Source: Chiloscyllium plagiosum
Lineage: Eukaryota
NCBI RefSeq assembly: GCF_004010195.1
Contig: NC_057751.1
Location: 451,248-515,247 of the forward strand
Length of the DNA stretch: 64,000 nt
Reading direction: 5' to 3'
Shown here: positions 62,060 through 64,000 of the stretch, piece by piece
Layout: the number at the start of each line of letters is the position of its first letter
Position numbering within the stretch: the stretch's first letter is position 1
Made by a program: the position numbers and the translations under genes
Notes under the pieces: model-generated
The model's input: only the letters and a program-made list of their open reading frames with translations
The model's database searches: none
Told to the model about the DNA's origin: nothing

Positions 62060-63010
62060 CTTACAGTCTGTTTCTGCTCCTGCAGCCAGTTACCAAGCAG
62101 GAACCCTGTTGCATGTTACTCTGCTGCCATCTTGAAAGGGATAGGACTTCATCTTGAAAAAGAAATGGACTTGAACATGAATGTCTGTAGACACCTGAAA
62201 ATGGCAGGACAGTTAAGGCATTTAGGAGGGCATACAGGATTCTTTTCTCTTTTAACTGAGGTGTAGGAAGATAGTGTAAAGAGTTATGCCAGGACATAAA
62301 TACATAATTGGCTGTTTGAAGTCAAGGGGATTGGTTAATACATGTGTTTTTGGGTTTGAGAAAGGTGTGTCATAAAATATTAGACCATAAGACACTGGAG
62401 TGGAAGTAAGGCCATTCAACCCATCGAGTCTACTCCACCATTTAATCATAGTGTCACGGGTGTGTGTTGGGACCTTCCCTGAGACATGTTAACAATGTAG
62501 GGCATCATTCCAAAGATTGAGACGGGCATCAAACTCTGAAACATGATTAACCAAGGAGGATGGTGCAGAATTTCAAAATGACAAAAGAATTGCTGATAAG
62601 TGCTTGATGAAACTAAATGGACAGATGTATCAACTTTAGTAGGAGCAATACAGAGAAACCACAAAAAAACCCCAAAAATCTTGAAAAAGGATGCAAGAAG
62701 ACAGGGACCTGGATGGATATGTGCATAGATCATTTAAAATGACAAAGCAGTCAGTATCTCAGGCTGTATTCATAGAATGTAGAGTACAACAGCAAGTATG
62801 TTGTTTTGAACTTGGCTAAGTCATTGGTTTGGCCTCCGCTTGCGGTGTTATATCTAGTTCTGTATGGTGCATTTAAAGATGAATTTAAGGACATGGGAGA
62901 CAGAGTAGAAGATGTTTTAAAACATAGTTCCACGCATGAGACCTCTCATTTATAAGAAGAGATTGAAGAGATAAAGTCTGTTTTTCTGGGAGCAAAGAGA
63001 GCTAAAAGAT
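62060..63010 (+). mobile_element. Decayed CR1 fragments
   Basis: RT C-terminal remnants (ggtttggcctccgcttgcggtgttatatctagttctg); short minus-strand tail at 62385-62450. Confidence 0.5.
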
Positions 63011-64000
63011 GTGGTTGTTGACCCACTGTTTGAACTTTGGCAAAAGCTGTGTGAAAGAAGAACTTGTGCTGTTCAATAAACAGGAAGAACAGGAAATCGG
63101 GAACTAGAATAGCAATTACACAACACCAGCCACCTCCAAATGAGAATTAAATTTGCATGCTTTAATGATTTGTTCATATTGCCAATTGGATTTTAGTGTA
63201 ACTGACAAAATACAAAATGCAGTTGTGAGCAAACTCCAGTTGTGACCTTGGTTTGGCTTTTCTCAGTACAGTTGGTTCTGCCAGAATGTGTTTCTTTGAC
63301 ACAAATTGGCGATTGAAGAATTTACACTATTATTTGTAGAACACAAACTTTCCTGACCGGTAGTGACAAAAACATGATTCTGGCCCCATTGACTTAAATG
63401 GAGTTGCTATGACACAATTTTCTTAAAATTCGGCATTGCAAGGGAATGGAACTGTCGCGTTGTATCAGAAGAGGCTGTAACCTTCTCCAAACCTTCTCAG
63501 CTCACCTGTCTCCGAGCTACAAAGGAACTTGTTCTTTGTGCTTTCACAATTTGTTAGATATTCAGCTTGTTATTTGCTGATAAGCATTTTGCAAGACAGT
63601 TTGTTCTGATTTAACATGATAGTTCCGTTCCTGTGCGATCCTGCATTTAAAAAAAATCACATAATAGCAGCACCAATTAAGCCAACAGGACTGGAACTGC
63701 ATTATAGCCAATACAGATCATGAAAGTTCACGTTCTACAAAGAATGGTCTAAATTCTTCAATTGTGTTTATAGCGGATTTGTATTGAAGAAACACGTGTT
63801 ATAGCAAATCTGACTGCACGGGCCTGTTGCGGTTAATTAAATGCCAACAGATGGACAATGGTGATTCTAGTCCACACGCAACTCCTGTCACTTGACGTGG
63901 TTCAATTGAAAAGGTCAATCCTTCAATTCCTTTCTCCATCATAAATGTTTCCAACTTCCCTCGAGTGATTTATATTATTCATCTCAACTGGTCCCTGTGA

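Noticed and set aside
60533..64000. Second DBNL exon (expected to begin ALFTYEG)
   Set aside because: No such peptide found; it presumably lies beyond the right edge.

Overview
Vertebrate genomic DNA, almost certainly a shark/elasmobranch: it carries many HE1-type V-SINEs, CR1/HER1-type LINEs and shark-type Penelope-like elements. Most of the window (1381-50989, minus strand) is the piRNA-pathway gene PIWIL2. I assembled 18 coding exons by hand, totalling 2285 nt (~761 codons), from the ATG at 50970 through the N-terminal GR-rich, N, L1, PAZ, L2, MID and start of the PIWI domains; the gene runs off the left edge. Every splice phase is consistent, but only if three of the 17 complete introns use non-canonical GC donors. 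On the plus strand, the first coding exon of DBNL (60450-60532) starts head-to-head from a CpG-rich promoter with NRF1 motifs. Introns are packed with decayed and nested retroelements (CR1, RTE, L2, Penelope-like, V-SINE, DeuSINE). The Penelope-derived repeats carry minimal type-I hammerhead ribozyme motifs (CUGANGA...GAAAC-GUC), often as foldback hairpins with 10-16 bp target-site duplications. One intact motif lies on the PIWIL2 pre-mRNA strand. All calls come from reading the sequence and from remembered family motifs; no searches were run, and repeat boundaries are approximate.
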